Assembly: GCA_947626095.1 (NCBI GenBank)
Contig: CANQQV010000007.1
Span: 18,464-82,463, forward strand
Direction: 5' to 3'
DNA length: 64,000 bases
DNA from: an uncultured Bacilli bacterium
GTDB taxonomy: Bacteria > Bacillota_I > Bacilli_A > RF39 > UBA660
The notes below the pieces were generated by a model, which made no database searches, was not told the DNA's origin, and worked only from the letters and a program-made list of their open reading frames with translations. Positions 10,331-20,164 of this stretch are shown here, one piece after another. How positions within the stretch are numbered: position 1 is the first letter of the stretch; each line of letters starts with the position of its first letter. Position numbers and translations under genes: made by a program.

Positions 10331-10362
10331 AAAAAAAATGATATTAAAACAAATATCACTTT
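10331..10362 (-). terminator. Intrinsic terminator after the first VirB2-like pilin
   Basis: AGTGATATT-TGTTTT-AATATCATT followed by a T run. Confidence 0.5.
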
Positions 10363-10382
10363 ATTTATACTATTTTTGTTAA

Positions 10383-10703
10383 TTAGCAATTTCCTGAATT
10401 CTTAACACAACTAGCACATACATCATAGTCGCCACCTGCTGAATCTACTAAACTAAATACTAGTCCAACTAATGTTGGTACAAACCAAATAGCGATACCA
10501 GCAACAGCTCTCATAGCTAATTGTTTCATTGCTTTTTTAATTTCATCATCTTTAGAAGCAACAACTGCTTTACCTAAATCTATACAACCAAATATTATAA
10601 TTAATAGTGGAATAACAATTTTAAATACTCCTAATATTTTTCCTACAACAACCCAAATATCTTTTGTTTGAGCACAAAAATTAACAGCTGCTAATATATC
10701 CAT
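10383..10703 (-). CDS. VirB2/TrbC-like pilin paralogue
   Basis: Two hydrophobic helices flanking DLGKAVVASKDDEIKKA, Cys-rich C-terminus; AAGGAG RBS before ATG 10703. Confidence 0.65.
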   Translation of the reverse strand: MDILAAVNFCAQTKDIWVVVGKILGVFKIVIPLLIIIFGCIDLGKAVVASKDDEIKKAMKQLAMRAVAGIAIWFVPTLVGLVFSLVDSAGGDYDVCASCVKNSGNC

Positions 10704-10731
10704 ATAAAACATCTCCTTCATTTCTAATATA

Positions 10732-10760
10732 ATTGTATTTAAATTTACAAAATATGTCAA
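10732..10760 (-). promoter_or_regulatory. sigmaA-type promoter for the VirB2-like pilin
   Basis: TTGACA (10760-10755), 17 nt, TACAAT (10737-10732). Confidence 0.65.
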
Positions 10761-10769
10761 GTTTTTCTT

Positions 10770-11855
10770 TTATTCTTTGACAATTCCAAATAACCTTGCT
10801 GACTTATTTCCTTCACTAGCAGGTCTATTTTTATCAAATCCCAATTTATTCAAAAGTTCATCTAAAACACGATGTTTATCCTTTTTATCATCTAAAGGAC
10901 AAATATTATGGAAAACACTACATCTAGCTTCTGCTTCAAAATCTCTAATATCATTAGAATCCAACAAGCTCTTATTTAAGATAACCTTTGTTCCTTTAAT
11001 CTTATCTAAGATATTACGATCTCTTCTTACCATTTTATTTAACATCAAAGTTGATGGTTCAATTAAATATAGCATTTCCGTACAATTTGCAGCTTCAGCA
11101 CTATCATTAACATCAATCAATATAACATTATAATTATTTACTGGATTCTTAATAATTGAACTTAAATCCTTACTACTAACACTCTTTAGTTCAGGATCAT
11201 TAAAAAATAAGAAATCATTTTTATCCAATTCTAAACCCAACACTGAATAATTTTCTGATAATTGTTTTTTCAACATATAAATTAAAGTCGTAGCTCCAGC
11301 ATGATCAGTTAAATCTTTAATTCCAATAATTCTTGTTCCACCAATACTTGGCATTGCAATAGAAGAATTAATAAATGATCTTTCATTAGCTGCCCCTCTA
11401 CTACCATTAAATCCACCACCCATCATTCCTCCTTGCGGAGCTTGATTAGGCATTCCTCCACCATTATTACCAATAATATGGAATTGAGCTACATCTTTAT
11501 ACGTATTTGGATTATCAATCAAATACGTTATAGCATCAATATTTCTTGTAAAGTTATAAATTCCCATTGATACCAACTCAGAAAGGTATTGTGGTGAATT
11601 TACAACTGGTGAATCATCTAATAGTAAAATAATCTTTGACATATCCATACCAAAAGAAAGTCTTTGAATCTGTGATATGTCTTGATATCCTGCTATAGCT
11701 GTAATATCCAATATCATTTTATTAAAGAAAAAGTTATCAAATTGTGCTACTAAATCATCAACTTGAAATTCACCATCAATAGTCTTAATCAAATCTATTT
11801 TATTACTTAAACTTGATAACATTGCTGAATATTTATTAGCAACTATAACATTCAT
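10770..11855 (-). CDS. CpaE/TadZ-like pilus localisation protein (receiver-like N-domain plus degenerate ParA/MinD fold)
   Basis: RIIGIKDLTDHAGATTL (Walker A lacking Lys), YNVILID, YLIEPS, VILNK; Gly/Met-rich linker; Tad context. Confidence 0.6.
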   Translation of the reverse strand: MNVIVANKYSAMLSSLSNKIDLIKTIDGEFQVDDLVAQFDNFFFNKMILDITAIAGYQDISQIQRLSFGMDMSKIILLLDDSPVVNSPQYLSELVSMGIYNFTRNIDAITYLIDNPNTYKDVAQFHIIGNNGGGMPNQAPQGGMMGGGFNGSRGAANERSFINSSIAMPSIGGTRIIGIKDLTDHAGATTLIYMLKKQLSENYSVLGLELDKNDFLFFNDPELKSVSSKDLSSIIKNPVNNYNVILIDVNDSAEAANCTEMLYLIEPSTLMLNKMVRRDRNILDKIKGTKVILNKSLLDSNDIRDFEAEARCSVFHNICPLDDKKDKHRVLDELLNKLGFDKNRPASEGNKSARLFGIVKE

Positions 11856-11883
11856 TGTATGTCAACTCCCTTTATTCTAAAAA

Positions 11884-12480
11884 TCAACTAACATAATCTT
11901 CTGCTGTTATGCCTTCCCCTTCATCTTGAGGGTCATATATTTCATCAGAAGTTCCATCTACTTTTACTGATAAGAATTCCTCTAAAACAGGAACTTCAAA
12001 TTTATAAAATAATCTAACTTTATAATACACTGCCTTATATCTGCCTGTTTGAGTATTGGCATTATACTTTGCAAAACAATAATAATATTTTTTACTAGAA
12101 TCAGCAGGTTCAAATTCAGAAGCAGGACCACTTCCACTACGAAGTTCAGAAACTCCATACCAATTACCTGAAATATCTCCTGCAGTATGAGGACAATAAC
12201 CCATAGCGTCATAATTATTTCCCATTAAATAAAGATTAATAGTTTCAATAGTATTAACATTTATCTTAATTGCTGAACCATTTATTAATGATGTACCATC
12301 ATGAGTTCCTGGACTTACAGATTTTGTAACTCCTTTATGCTTTTCAATAATCGTTAAAACTTCATTTTTTATTTTAAAAGACTTTGAGTAATTAATATTA
12401 ATAATGATATAAGCTGAAAATAAAGCAATAAAAACTACTATTAAACCTAAAAGCCAAATATTTACAATTCCATTTTTCAT
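11884..12480 (-). CDS. Pseudopilin-like protein (TadE/F role)
   Basis: N-terminal hydrophobic helix, NYSKSFKIKNEVLTIIE and C-terminal YYKVRLFYKF...VDGTS shared with the neighbouring paralogue. Confidence 0.55.
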   Translation of the reverse strand: MKNGIVNIWLLGLIVVFIALFSAYIIININYSKSFKIKNEVLTIIEKHKGVTKSVSPGTHDGTSLINGSAIKINVNTIETINLYLMGNNYDAMGYCPHTAGDISGNWYGVSELRSGSGPASEFEPADSSKKYYYCFAKYNANTQTGRYKAVYYKVRLFYKFEVPVLEEFLSVKVDGTSDEIYDPQDEGEGITAEDYVS

Positions 12481-13026
12481 CTAACTACCACCATAACATC
12501 TATCATTGATTTCATCGAAATCATTTACTAAATAAATAATTGAAGTTTCTCCTGAAATATTTATTTTAAACATACTTCTTAAGATTGGCCAATCCAATCT
12601 AAAGAAAACAACCGCCCCATAATACGCAGATTCAGGATGCCCTACTGGTCCAGTCGTATAAATAACTGGGTCTTCGTCACCAGTACTTGAACTACGAGAC
12701 GTAATCATATACTTAGTAATACAATAATTAGCATCACCAGACCATCTAGGTTGTGGTGTTATATCACTTAATTTAAAATGAGCCCAACAATTACCATCTT
12801 CAGGACATTTACCGACTGAAGAATAACCAATACCTTTTAAATATTCATTAATTTTAGTAATCGAATCATTATTAATTCCGTGTGCTCTTTCAATTGTAAT
12901 TAATATTTCATCTTTAATTTTATAACATCTTGAATAATTCGTTGAAACACTAACAAAAGTTGTAAATAACGCTAAAAAAGATATTACTAAAACAAAAATC
13001 CATGTTCCTCCTATAGCTTCTTTCAA
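12481..13026 (-). CDS. Pseudopilin-like protein (TadE/F role)
   Basis: TTG start; MKEAIGG plus hydrophobic helix; NYSRCYKIKDEILITIE and YYGAVVFFRL...ISGETS. Confidence 0.55.
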   Translation of the reverse strand: MKEAIGGTWIFVLVISFLALFTTFVSVSTNYSRCYKIKDEILITIERAHGINNDSITKINEYLKGIGYSSVGKCPEDGNCWAHFKLSDITPQPRWSGDANYCITKYMITSRSSSTGDEDPVIYTTGPVGHPESAYYGAVVFFRLDWPILRSMFKINISGETSIIYLVNDFDEINDRCYGGS

Positions 13027-13035
13027 TGTTTACAC

Positions 13036-13272
13036 CTACCCTCTAAATGGGCACATAAAGACTTCGTCAGACCCATCATTTGGATTTTTACAATATGCCA
13101 TTAAAGTATTTGGATCATATCCATTATCGCACATTGCATTAGCGCAAGTTGCTCTATCTTGCATACCATCTTTAATTATAGGCCAAATAAACATAAAGAA
13201 AAAAGCCGTAAGCAAAGCAACGGCTGAAACGACAATTACAGAACCAGTTAATTCACCTGTAGCTTCTTTCAT
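13036..13272 (-). CDS. Small Flp-like pilin
   Basis: 78 aa, MKEATGEL plus hydrophobic helix ending in WP, 4 Cys; RBS GAGGTG. Confidence 0.6.
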   Translation of the reverse strand: MKEATGELTGSVIVVSAVALLTAFFFMFIWPIIKDGMQDRATCANAMCDNGYDPNTLMAYCKNPNDGSDEVFMCPFRG

Positions 13273-13301
13273 TTCTAATCACCTCAATAATAATTCAAAA
13301 A

Positions 13302-13574
13302 CTAATTTGTTCCTGAGCAATGTTTTGAATAACTACGATTATTATATGTAGCATTACAAGTAAAGTTTTGGCAATTAACACTAGTACCATTCATAGCACC
13401 AGTAGTAATATTTCCATCATAATTACCATCAGCATCAATATTTGAACATGCAGTTTGCATTGCAATATTCGCTTGAATTTGTGGCATAATAAATACTGTA
13501 AATAATGCTGCAATCGCCGCAATTGCAACAACTGTAATAACTGTCATGTTTAGTTCACCTGTAGCTTCTTTCAT
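13302..13574 (-). CDS. Small Flp-like pilin (probable major pilin)
   Basis: 90 aa, MKEATGEL plus hydrophobic helix ending in MP, 4 Cys; first gene behind its own promoter. Confidence 0.6.
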   Translation of the reverse strand: MKEATGELNMTVITVVAIAAIAALFTVFIMPQIQANIAMQTACSNIDADGNYDGNITTGAMNGTSVNCQNFTCNATYNNRSYSKHCSGTN

Positions 13575-13611
13575 TTATAAAATCATCCTCTCTCTTATTA
13601 TTACTAAAAAT

Positions 13612-13640
13612 AGTATATCATTTATATTTTTATTATTCAA
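13612..13640 (-). promoter_or_regulatory. sigmaA-type promoter for the pilin cluster
   Basis: TTGAAT, 17 nt, TATACT with extended TG. Confidence 0.55.
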
Positions 13641-13680
13641 TACTTTTTACAAAAGTATACGAAAAAAAAGGACTTAGTTT

Positions 13681-16600
13681 TTAATTATTATTATCACTAA
13701 CTAAGTCTTTTCTAACATAGATTTTATATGAGTTTTCTTTTTCATAAAACAGCTCATAATCTTTAAAATTATCATACGTAAACAATCGATCATATGATAT
13801 GACAAATAAATGTGTAAAATTATAAGCTTTTACAAACTCTGCTATATCACCATTGCCCACTTGAATAGCAATATAATCACCAAAAATATCTCTACCACCA
13901 TTCATAGTTAAATAAAATACTTCTGCTCTAGTATCCATAAAAGATTTAATACCACGCCACTCTAAGTATCCACCAATATCATAATTTGTATATATCTTTA
14001 TATCTTTAGGATCATATACCTCTAATAGTTTATCAACACCTTCTTTTAAATATGATTCCTTTTGACTATTCATTATTGTTTTACCAAAATGAATACTTAC
14101 AACCCCTAATAAGACATAAAATAAAATTAAAGTTATTCGATATACATTTTTCTTAGGAATTAAACTTATTTCATCTAGACAATTATTCCTAAATATATTT
14201 TTAAAAAAGTAACAAAAAGGATAAGTAACAAACATTACAAAAAAAGGAAAACTTTTTACAGCCATAAAAGATAAAATAATACAGCCAAATAACATACATA
14301 AATAACTAATCTTTACTTCTTTCTTTTTATTATAATTAACCATAAATATAATAAAATATATAAACAATACACCAATAGTATATAAACCAGGAAATTCCAA
14401 TATTCTCATTGGTCTCATTTCACCAATTATTTCAGCTCCTTGACCACCGTATGAATTAATAAAATAACATATTGCATCTAATCCATAAGGATTAACAAAA
14501 CCAGCTAGAAAAATAAACAGACAAATTATGATTAACCACCTAAAATCATAAACATTTTTCTTTTTTAAAATAACTTCTTCAAAAAATCCCTCAGCAATAA
14601 AAGGTAGCATAAAAATAAATATAAACCACCATAAAGCAGCATTAAGATTTATTAGCAAAACAGATATAATTGGTAAGAAAAATAACACTTTATAGTTACC
14701 CTTTTTCATGAATATTTCCATAATATACACATCTAATGCTAACAATATATAGGTAAAAACTTGTGGTCTAGTAGTTATAAAATAGTTATTTAACAATAAT
14801 AAATTTATTATCAAACTTATTATTCCTGATAAAACATAATTATTATCGCTTACCAACATACAAATCTTATAAATAATAAATAATAGTAAATAATTAATTA
14901 ATATTAAAACTATAAAAACCCAAACAATTCCTGCTTTATTATACAAAGTATAAAATCCTACAGAAAATAACCATTGTTGCATTACAAAAGGTAAATCTTC
15001 ATGCATTGTAAATGGTTCAATCGTCGGAAACCCATGTTCTAAAACATACCTTCCATGATTTAATAAAAACCATGAATCATTATCTAAAGTCCACTTACTA
15101 AAACACCACCACAATAATGGTACAGAAATCATAAATATTAATAAAAACCACTTACTTATTTTTATCTTACTAATTTTATTTTTTAATTTACTAACAATAT
15201 TTTTTAACTTATTATTTTTTTCATCCTTTTCCTCATGATATTCTTTTTCCGTATTTACATTCCAAATATCATCTTTAGTTGTTTCATCACCTAAAATACA
15301 ATCAACAGCTTTCATACCAGTCATCATTGAATGATCCATATTATTATAACGGTGTTGACCATTACGACCAATACAATATAAATTATCACATTTATTAATA
15401 TAACTAATAACTTTATCTATTTCACTATAACTATCAAAATATGCTGGATAAGCTTTCTTGACCTTTTCACGATGAGAATCTAAAACATCATCACGATCTA
15501 TAATCCCCATTTTTACAAGCTCATCTATTGCAAAGTTCTTACACTCTTCAACACTCATATTCCAAAATTCATCATTTTCATTACAGAAATATTCTAAGCC
15601 AACCCAAACTGTATCTTTAGGTTTCTTAACCATATAAGGACTCCAATTATTAAATATTTGAATTCTTCCCAACTTAACATCTGGTTCTTGAACATATATC
15701 CAACAATCAGGCACTATATTATTTAATGTTTTTATCTTTGTTTCATTTTTTAAATTAAGTTTTTTTACCAACAACCCTACTGTAACAAAATCACGATAAG
15801 GTAAATTATCAGCAATATTATAAACTTTCTTAGGAACATTATTCATATTACAAACTAAGTCTTTTAATGGCATACTAGAAATAAAAATATCGCCTTTAAC
15901 AATTACTTCTTTTCCATCAACTAAACAAGAAATTGACTTAATTTTATTTTTATCATTATTTATCTTTACAACTTGGTGATTTTTTAAAATAGTCCCACCC
16001 ATTTTTTCAACTTCTTCGGCAACTTTTTCCCATAATTCACCTGGACCATATTTCGGATATATATATTCTTCTATTAAAGATGTTTCCTTATCTTTATTTT
16101 TTTTCTTAAATAATTTTAAAATTGAATCTTTTAAAACAGCAAAGATCGAAAGTCCTTTAACTCTTTGAGCTCCCCAATCTGCTGATATATTTTTGGGATG
16201 TCTTCCCCATAGTTTTTCCGTATAACCTTCAAAAAAAGTTGAATATAATTTTTTACCGAAACGATTAATATAAAAGTTTTCTAAATTATCTTCTTTTTTC
16301 TTAATAACAATACTTTTTAAATAACTAAATCCACTTTGAATTGTTCTTACAAGTCCTAAATTCTTAAAAGTTTGCAATTTCATACTAACGGGATAATCAA
16401 AGAACTTTTTTAAGTAATAAATACGTGAAACACGATTTCTAACTAAAAAAACATTATCTTCTTTTTCTGGATCCGGTCCACCATCTGATAAACTTTTTTC
16501 TCTTTTTAACATTTTATCATCAAAAGATGGCTTTCCTTGAATAGGCATTATACTTTGCCAAAAATCATTAACACGTTTTTCTTTAGAAAAAAATCTATGT

Positions 16601-16770
16601 CCACCAATATCCATTCTATTGCCTTTATAATTAACAGTTTTAGAAATTCCACCAATTGAGTTACTCTCTTCTAAAATCGTAACATTATAACCTTTACTTC
16701 TTTTTAATAATTCATAAGCTGCCGTAAGTCCAGCTGGACCTGCACCAATAATAATTGCTTTTTTCTTCAT
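13681..16770 (-). CDS. Fusion of NAD(P)/FAD-dependent oxidoreductase (UDP-galactopyranose-mutase/HemY-like) and GT-C-type polytopic glycosyltransferase
   Basis: [41 protein letters not shown]; then about 10 TM segments with [31 protein letters not shown] and FMDTRAE. RBS AGGGGG before ATG 16770. Confidence 0.75.
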   Translation of the reverse strand: MKKKAIIIGAGPAGLTAAYELLKRSKGYNVTILEESNSIGGISKTVNYKGNRMDIGGHRFFSKEKRVNDFWQSIMPIQGKPSFDDKMLKREKSLSDGGPDPEKEDNVFLVRNRVSRIYYLKKFFDYPVSMKLQTFKNLGLVRTIQSGFSYLKSIVIKKKEDNLENFYINRFGKKLYSTFFEGYTEKLWGRHPKNISADWGAQRVKGLSIFAVLKDSILKLFKKKNKDKETSLIEEYIYPKYGPGELWEKVAEEVEKMGGTILKNHQVVKINNDKNKIKSISCLVDGKEVIVKGDIFISSMPLKDLVCNMNNVPKKVYNIADNLPYRDFVTVGLLVKKLNLKNETKIKTLNNIVPDCWIYVQEPDVKLGRIQIFNNWSPYMVKKPKDTVWVGLEYFCNENDEFWNMSVEECKNFAIDELVKMGIIDRDDVLDSHREKVKKAYPAYFDSYSEIDKVISYINKCDNLYCIGRNGQHRYNNMDHSMMTGMKAVDCILGDETTKDDIWNVNTEKEYHEEKDEKNNKLKNIVSKLKNKISKIKISKWFLLIFMISVPLLWWCFSKWTLDNDSWFLLNHGRYVLEHGFPTIEPFTMHEDLPFVMQQWLFSVGFYTLYNKAGIVWVFIVLILINYLLLFIIYKICMLVSDNNYVLSGIISLIINLLLLNNYFITTRPQVFTYILLALDVYIMEIFMKKGNYKVLFFLPIISVLLINLNAALWWFIFIFMLPFIAEGFFEEVILKKKNVYDFRWLIIICLFIFLAGFVNPYGLDAICYFINSYGGQGAEIIGEMRPMRILEFPGLYTIGVLFIYFIIFMVNYNKKKEVKISYLCMLFGCIILSFMAVKSFPFFVMFVTYPFCYFFKNIFRNNCLDEISLIPKKNVYRITLILFYVLLGVVSIHFGKTIMNSQKESYLKEGVDKLLEVYDPKDIKIYTNYDIGGYLEWRGIKSFMDTRAEVFYLTMNGGRDIFGDYIAIQVGNGDIAEFVKAYNFTHLFVISYDRLFTYDNFKDYELFYEKENSYKIYVRKDLVSDNNN

Positions 16771-16824
16771 TAAAATCCCCCTAAGAAAGATATCCATATA
16801 TCATATATAGATATATTATAACAT

Positions 16825-16852
16825 AAAAAAAAGATATTTAGAAATATCTTTA
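16825..16852 (-). terminator. Intrinsic terminator after tadC
   Basis: AAGATATTT/AAATATCTT inverted repeat followed by a T run on the minus strand. Confidence 0.5.
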
Positions 16853-16867
16853 TTTATTAAAACATTA

Positions 16868-17656
16868 TTATGAACCAATCATGTTCATAACCGCAATTAG
16901 TAGTAGAATCATAACACCGATACCAGTACATACTAACATACTCATTGTTTTATTTTCCATTTTATCCAAACGCTCTTTATATCGCGTCTCACGAGCTTTT
17001 TGTTGTAAGTTTGAAATAGTCTTTGAGAAAGTAATTAATTGTTCTTGTTTCCTCTCTTGACGACCTAAACTTAAACGATATAACAAACGCATCATACGCA
17101 TTGAATCACGAACTGGATACATCTGCGCAAATTCCATATATGGTGTAACAGTTGCATCACCGGCATTAATCTTATTAATCATATCGATTAAACCTTCTCT
17201 AAATATCTCCGGTGCGTCATTAATTGATTTACCTAAAGCAACTGGAACAGTATAGTGTTGAATTAAAATTTCTAGACCTTTTAAGTAATAAGGTAACATT
17301 GAATCTATTTGTAATAAGTGGGCTTTATAAAAACTCTTTAAATTCAAATAATCCAATTTAAACATTCCATACCCACCAACAACAGCTAAAACAACTTTAA
17401 CAGCTGTTAAATTAGATATCATAATAAATATCAATAATATTATAACTATTAAACCATTCTTTATTCTCTTTTGGAATAAAACATCAGAATCAAGACCTTC
17501 ACCATATTTAGCTCTAACTAAGAAATCATAATCTTCTTCTTTTAGCTTCATAAAGATATCTTGATTATCTTGAATAAATTTATTAGGTTTAATATAACCA
17601 TTAACAGTTAAAACAATAAAAGCAACTAATCCAATAACAATAACTTCAAAATACAT
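16868..17656 (-). CDS. tadC: TadC-like pilus platform protein
   Basis: N-terminal TMs, MLPYYLKGLEIL (T2SSF-like), C-terminal TM; follows tadA-tadB. Confidence 0.7.
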   Translation of the reverse strand: MYFEVIVIGLVAFIVLTVNGYIKPNKFIQDNQDIFMKLKEEDYDFLVRAKYGEGLDSDVLFQKRIKNGLIVIILLIFIMISNLTAVKVVLAVVGGYGMFKLDYLNLKSFYKAHLLQIDSMLPYYLKGLEILIQHYTVPVALGKSINDAPEIFREGLIDMINKINAGDATVTPYMEFAQMYPVRDSMRMMRLLYRLSLGRQERKQEQLITFSKTISNLQQKARETRYKERLDKMENKTMSMLVCTGIGVMILLLIAVMNMIGS

Positions 17657-17658
17657 AA

Positions 17659-18552
17659 CTACTCAACCCCCACATCTTCGTTATAATATTTTTCCCCTGT
17701 TACTAAGAAATAACAATTGATAATTATTATTGCATGTAATATTAATTGAACATACCAGTTTTCTAACATTGCTAAATATTCAGATCTACCAAATAATAGC
17801 TGCATAACTAAAACCAGTAAGAATAAAGCCATACCAAATGTTAAGAACTTTTTATGGAATGTTTGTCTATCCATTCTATCACGATAAACACCTTCAACCA
17901 AAGCATCTATATCCATTGACATTAATTCTAGTGCTTCACCAGAATCTCTTGCACCTTCTTTAGTAATCTGCAAGAATAATTGGTGCATATTTTTAACCAT
18001 ATAATACGGATAAGCATTGTTAAAGAAGTCAATTGATTGATCAATCGTACCATTATCATAAGACATTTGAATCATTCTTTTAACATCCCTTAATACAGGA
18101 TCTTGTAAAATACCAGAATCTCTAACACCTTCTAAAGCTTTAACAAAACTCTGAGTTGTATTAAATTCCATAATAACGTTTGTCGTATAAACTTGAACTT
18201 GTTCAAATAAATATTCACTATATAATCTTTGTGTCCTTAAATAATTTAAATAAGGAACAAAACATATCGCAATTATTGTATAAACAACTGTTACAGGAAT
18301 ACTATAGAAATATAAGAAAGTTATACCTGCAGCTGCTCCACCCATAAGAAGAACTTGCGTAGCATACTGCCTAGGTGTATATTCATATCCTAATTCTTTA
18401 GTTTTCTCTTTAACCTCACGATAACTATAAGGCGCATATGTATTATAAACATTAGATACAGTATCAGCAAAAAATTTATAAACATTATCACCAGTATTAA
18501 AACGATATGCTAAAACGAAAACTGCTATAACTAACCATATAACTAATTCCAT
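17659..18552 (-). CDS. tadB: TadB-like pilus platform protein
   Basis: TM pattern, SFVKALE, QITKEG, two C-terminal TMs; directly after tadA. Confidence 0.7.
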   Translation of the reverse strand: MELVIWLVIAVFVLAYRFNTGDNVYKFFADTVSNVYNTYAPYSYREVKEKTKELGYEYTPRQYATQVLLMGGAAAGITFLYFYSIPVTVVYTIIAICFVPYLNYLRTQRLYSEYLFEQVQVYTTNVIMEFNTTQSFVKALEGVRDSGILQDPVLRDVKRMIQMSYDNGTIDQSIDFFNNAYPYYMVKNMHQLFLQITKEGARDSGEALELMSMDIDALVEGVYRDRMDRQTFHKKFLTFGMALFLLVLVMQLLFGRSEYLAMLENWYVQLILHAIIIINCYFLVTGEKYYNEDVGVE

Positions 18553-18567
18553 AATATCACCTTCTTT

Positions 18568-20133
18568 TTATAAAACATCGCTAGTTGGTGTTGAAGCAAC
18601 ATTTTGTCCAACACTATTTGGCATCACAGCTGTCGGAAAAATATTTGGTTGAGGGCTTGGTGCTACACTCGTTGCTGGTGTAGCAGGTGCAGCTGGCGTA
18701 ACAGGACTAGTTGTAACAGCCGAAACAGGAGCTGATACTGAAGCCTGAAATGGAACCACAGCAGCTGGTGCTACATTTTGCGTTTGAGGCACAGCTGGTG
18801 CTGGAACAGGTTGTGAAGATGCAGCTACACTAGGCTGAGGCACAGCAGATACTGGCACAGTTGGGATAGGTTGCTCTTCTAAAACCTCTTGGCTGTTAAC
18901 AACTTGAGAGTTATTAACAGCAGGAGTAGTTCCACCATTTTGCGCTTCCCCATTCGTTGAATCACCCTCATTAAGAGCATCAATCAAAGTATTCTTAGTT
19001 TCCTTATTTGCTAAATTATCATCTTTACTGTCTCTTAAATTAGATAAATCTTCCTTAGATTCAGCATCCCCTAAACCAAAAATATCATCATTTTCAAAAT
19101 AAACATTACCAATAGCTAAATAATCAATTAGCTTCTTAGTAGGATTATGTAAAGTAACTTTACCATCCAATGTTTTAGAATATAAAATATTAGACTTTGG
19201 CTTATTAGTTTCGTCATCAACATAAAATTCACATATCTCCATAATTTCACGTTGGAAACGATCTAAAGCCTTAGAATAATAACCTTTAACATATATACCA
19301 ATTTGAATATATCTATGAATTGAAGATAGATATTGTTCAATATCTTGGCTACCTTCAAGTAACGCATACATACGCATTGGTATACTTGATGCCTTATCGG
19401 CATGAATTGTTGAAATAATATGGTGTCCAGAAGAAATAGAGTTACGAACTGCCATAACTGCTTCAGCTGAACGAACCTCGGCAAGTAATATCCATATTGG
19501 GTTCTGTCTCATGCAGGCTACTAAGGCATCAGTATAAGATGCTATATTATTAGTCTTCATGGCCACAATATCACGATGAGGGAAAATTTTATCTAAGTGA
19601 AGTTCCAAAGTATCCTCAATAGATATAATTTTTTCATCTTCTTTTGTATTACTAGCTAAATATTTAACAAGTTCTGTTTTACCAGAACCAGTTTCTCCTG
19701 CAATCATTATATTGCAATGACCCCAAACACATTTTATTAAAAAATCATGCATTTGATCAGTAATATATTGTTCGTTAATTAATTTTTCTTTATTTAAACG
19801 AATCTTAGCAGGAGTTTTACGTATCAAGCACGCGATTCCATTTGTAGCAATGGAATCGTGGACAAAGTTCATACGTAATTCAGCACTTTCAGAGTCAAGA
19901 AATGGATGAGCCATATTGAAAGTTCTACCCATAACATTTGCACATTGAAAGGCTAATTTTTCCATAAACGGATTATTTATATCAGGTCTTTCAACTTGAT
20001 AAACACCTTTAGACAATGTCTTTAACCAAACTTGGCCACCATTACTATATGAAATATCGGTAATATCATCATCCTCTAAAAACTCAGATAATGGGCCAAA
20101 ATCCATCTGGGAGAAAACATTCTTCTCATCCAT
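18568..20133 (-). CDS. tadA: TadA/CpaF (VirB11-family) pilus assembly ATPase with Pro/Ala-rich tail
   Basis: FGPL, DDDITDI, IRK, AGETGSGKT, SIEDTLEL, RQNP, LAEVR, SGH...STIHA. Confidence 0.92.
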   Translation of the reverse strand: MDEKNVFSQMDFGPLSEFLEDDDITDISYSNGGQVWLKTLSKGVYQVERPDINNPFMEKLAFQCANVMGRTFNMAHPFLDSESAELRMNFVHDSIATNGIACLIRKTPAKIRLNKEKLINEQYITDQMHDFLIKCVWGHCNIMIAGETGSGKTELVKYLASNTKEDEKIISIEDTLELHLDKIFPHRDIVAMKTNNIASYTDALVACMRQNPIWILLAEVRSAEAVMAVRNSISSGHHIISTIHADKASSIPMRMYALLEGSQDIEQYLSSIHRYIQIGIYVKGYYSKALDRFQREIMEICEFYVDDETNKPKSNILYSKTLDGKVTLHNPTKKLIDYLAIGNVYFENDDIFGLGDAESKEDLSNLRDSKDDNLANKETKNTLIDALNEGDSTNGEAQNGGTTPAVNNSQVVNSQEVLEEQPIPTVPVSAVPQPSVAASSQPVPAPAVPQTQNVAPAAVVPFQASVSAPVSAVTTSPVTPAAPATPATSVAPSPQPNIFPTAVMPNSVGQNVASTPTSDVL

Positions 20134-20164
20134 AAAAACACCCTCTTTTTATTTTTTATATTAA

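Noticed and set aside
1-10703. Calling the T4SS genes an ICE or conjugative transposon
   Set aside because: No integrase, relaxase, excisionase or att-like repeat is visible, and the genes are continuous with the Tad locus. This cannot be fully excluded because the locus runs off the left edge.
15230-16770. Annotation as hemY (haem synthesis) or glf
   Set aside because: Only the general flavoprotein family is supportable; no haem genes are nearby and the GT-C fusion points to glycan modification.
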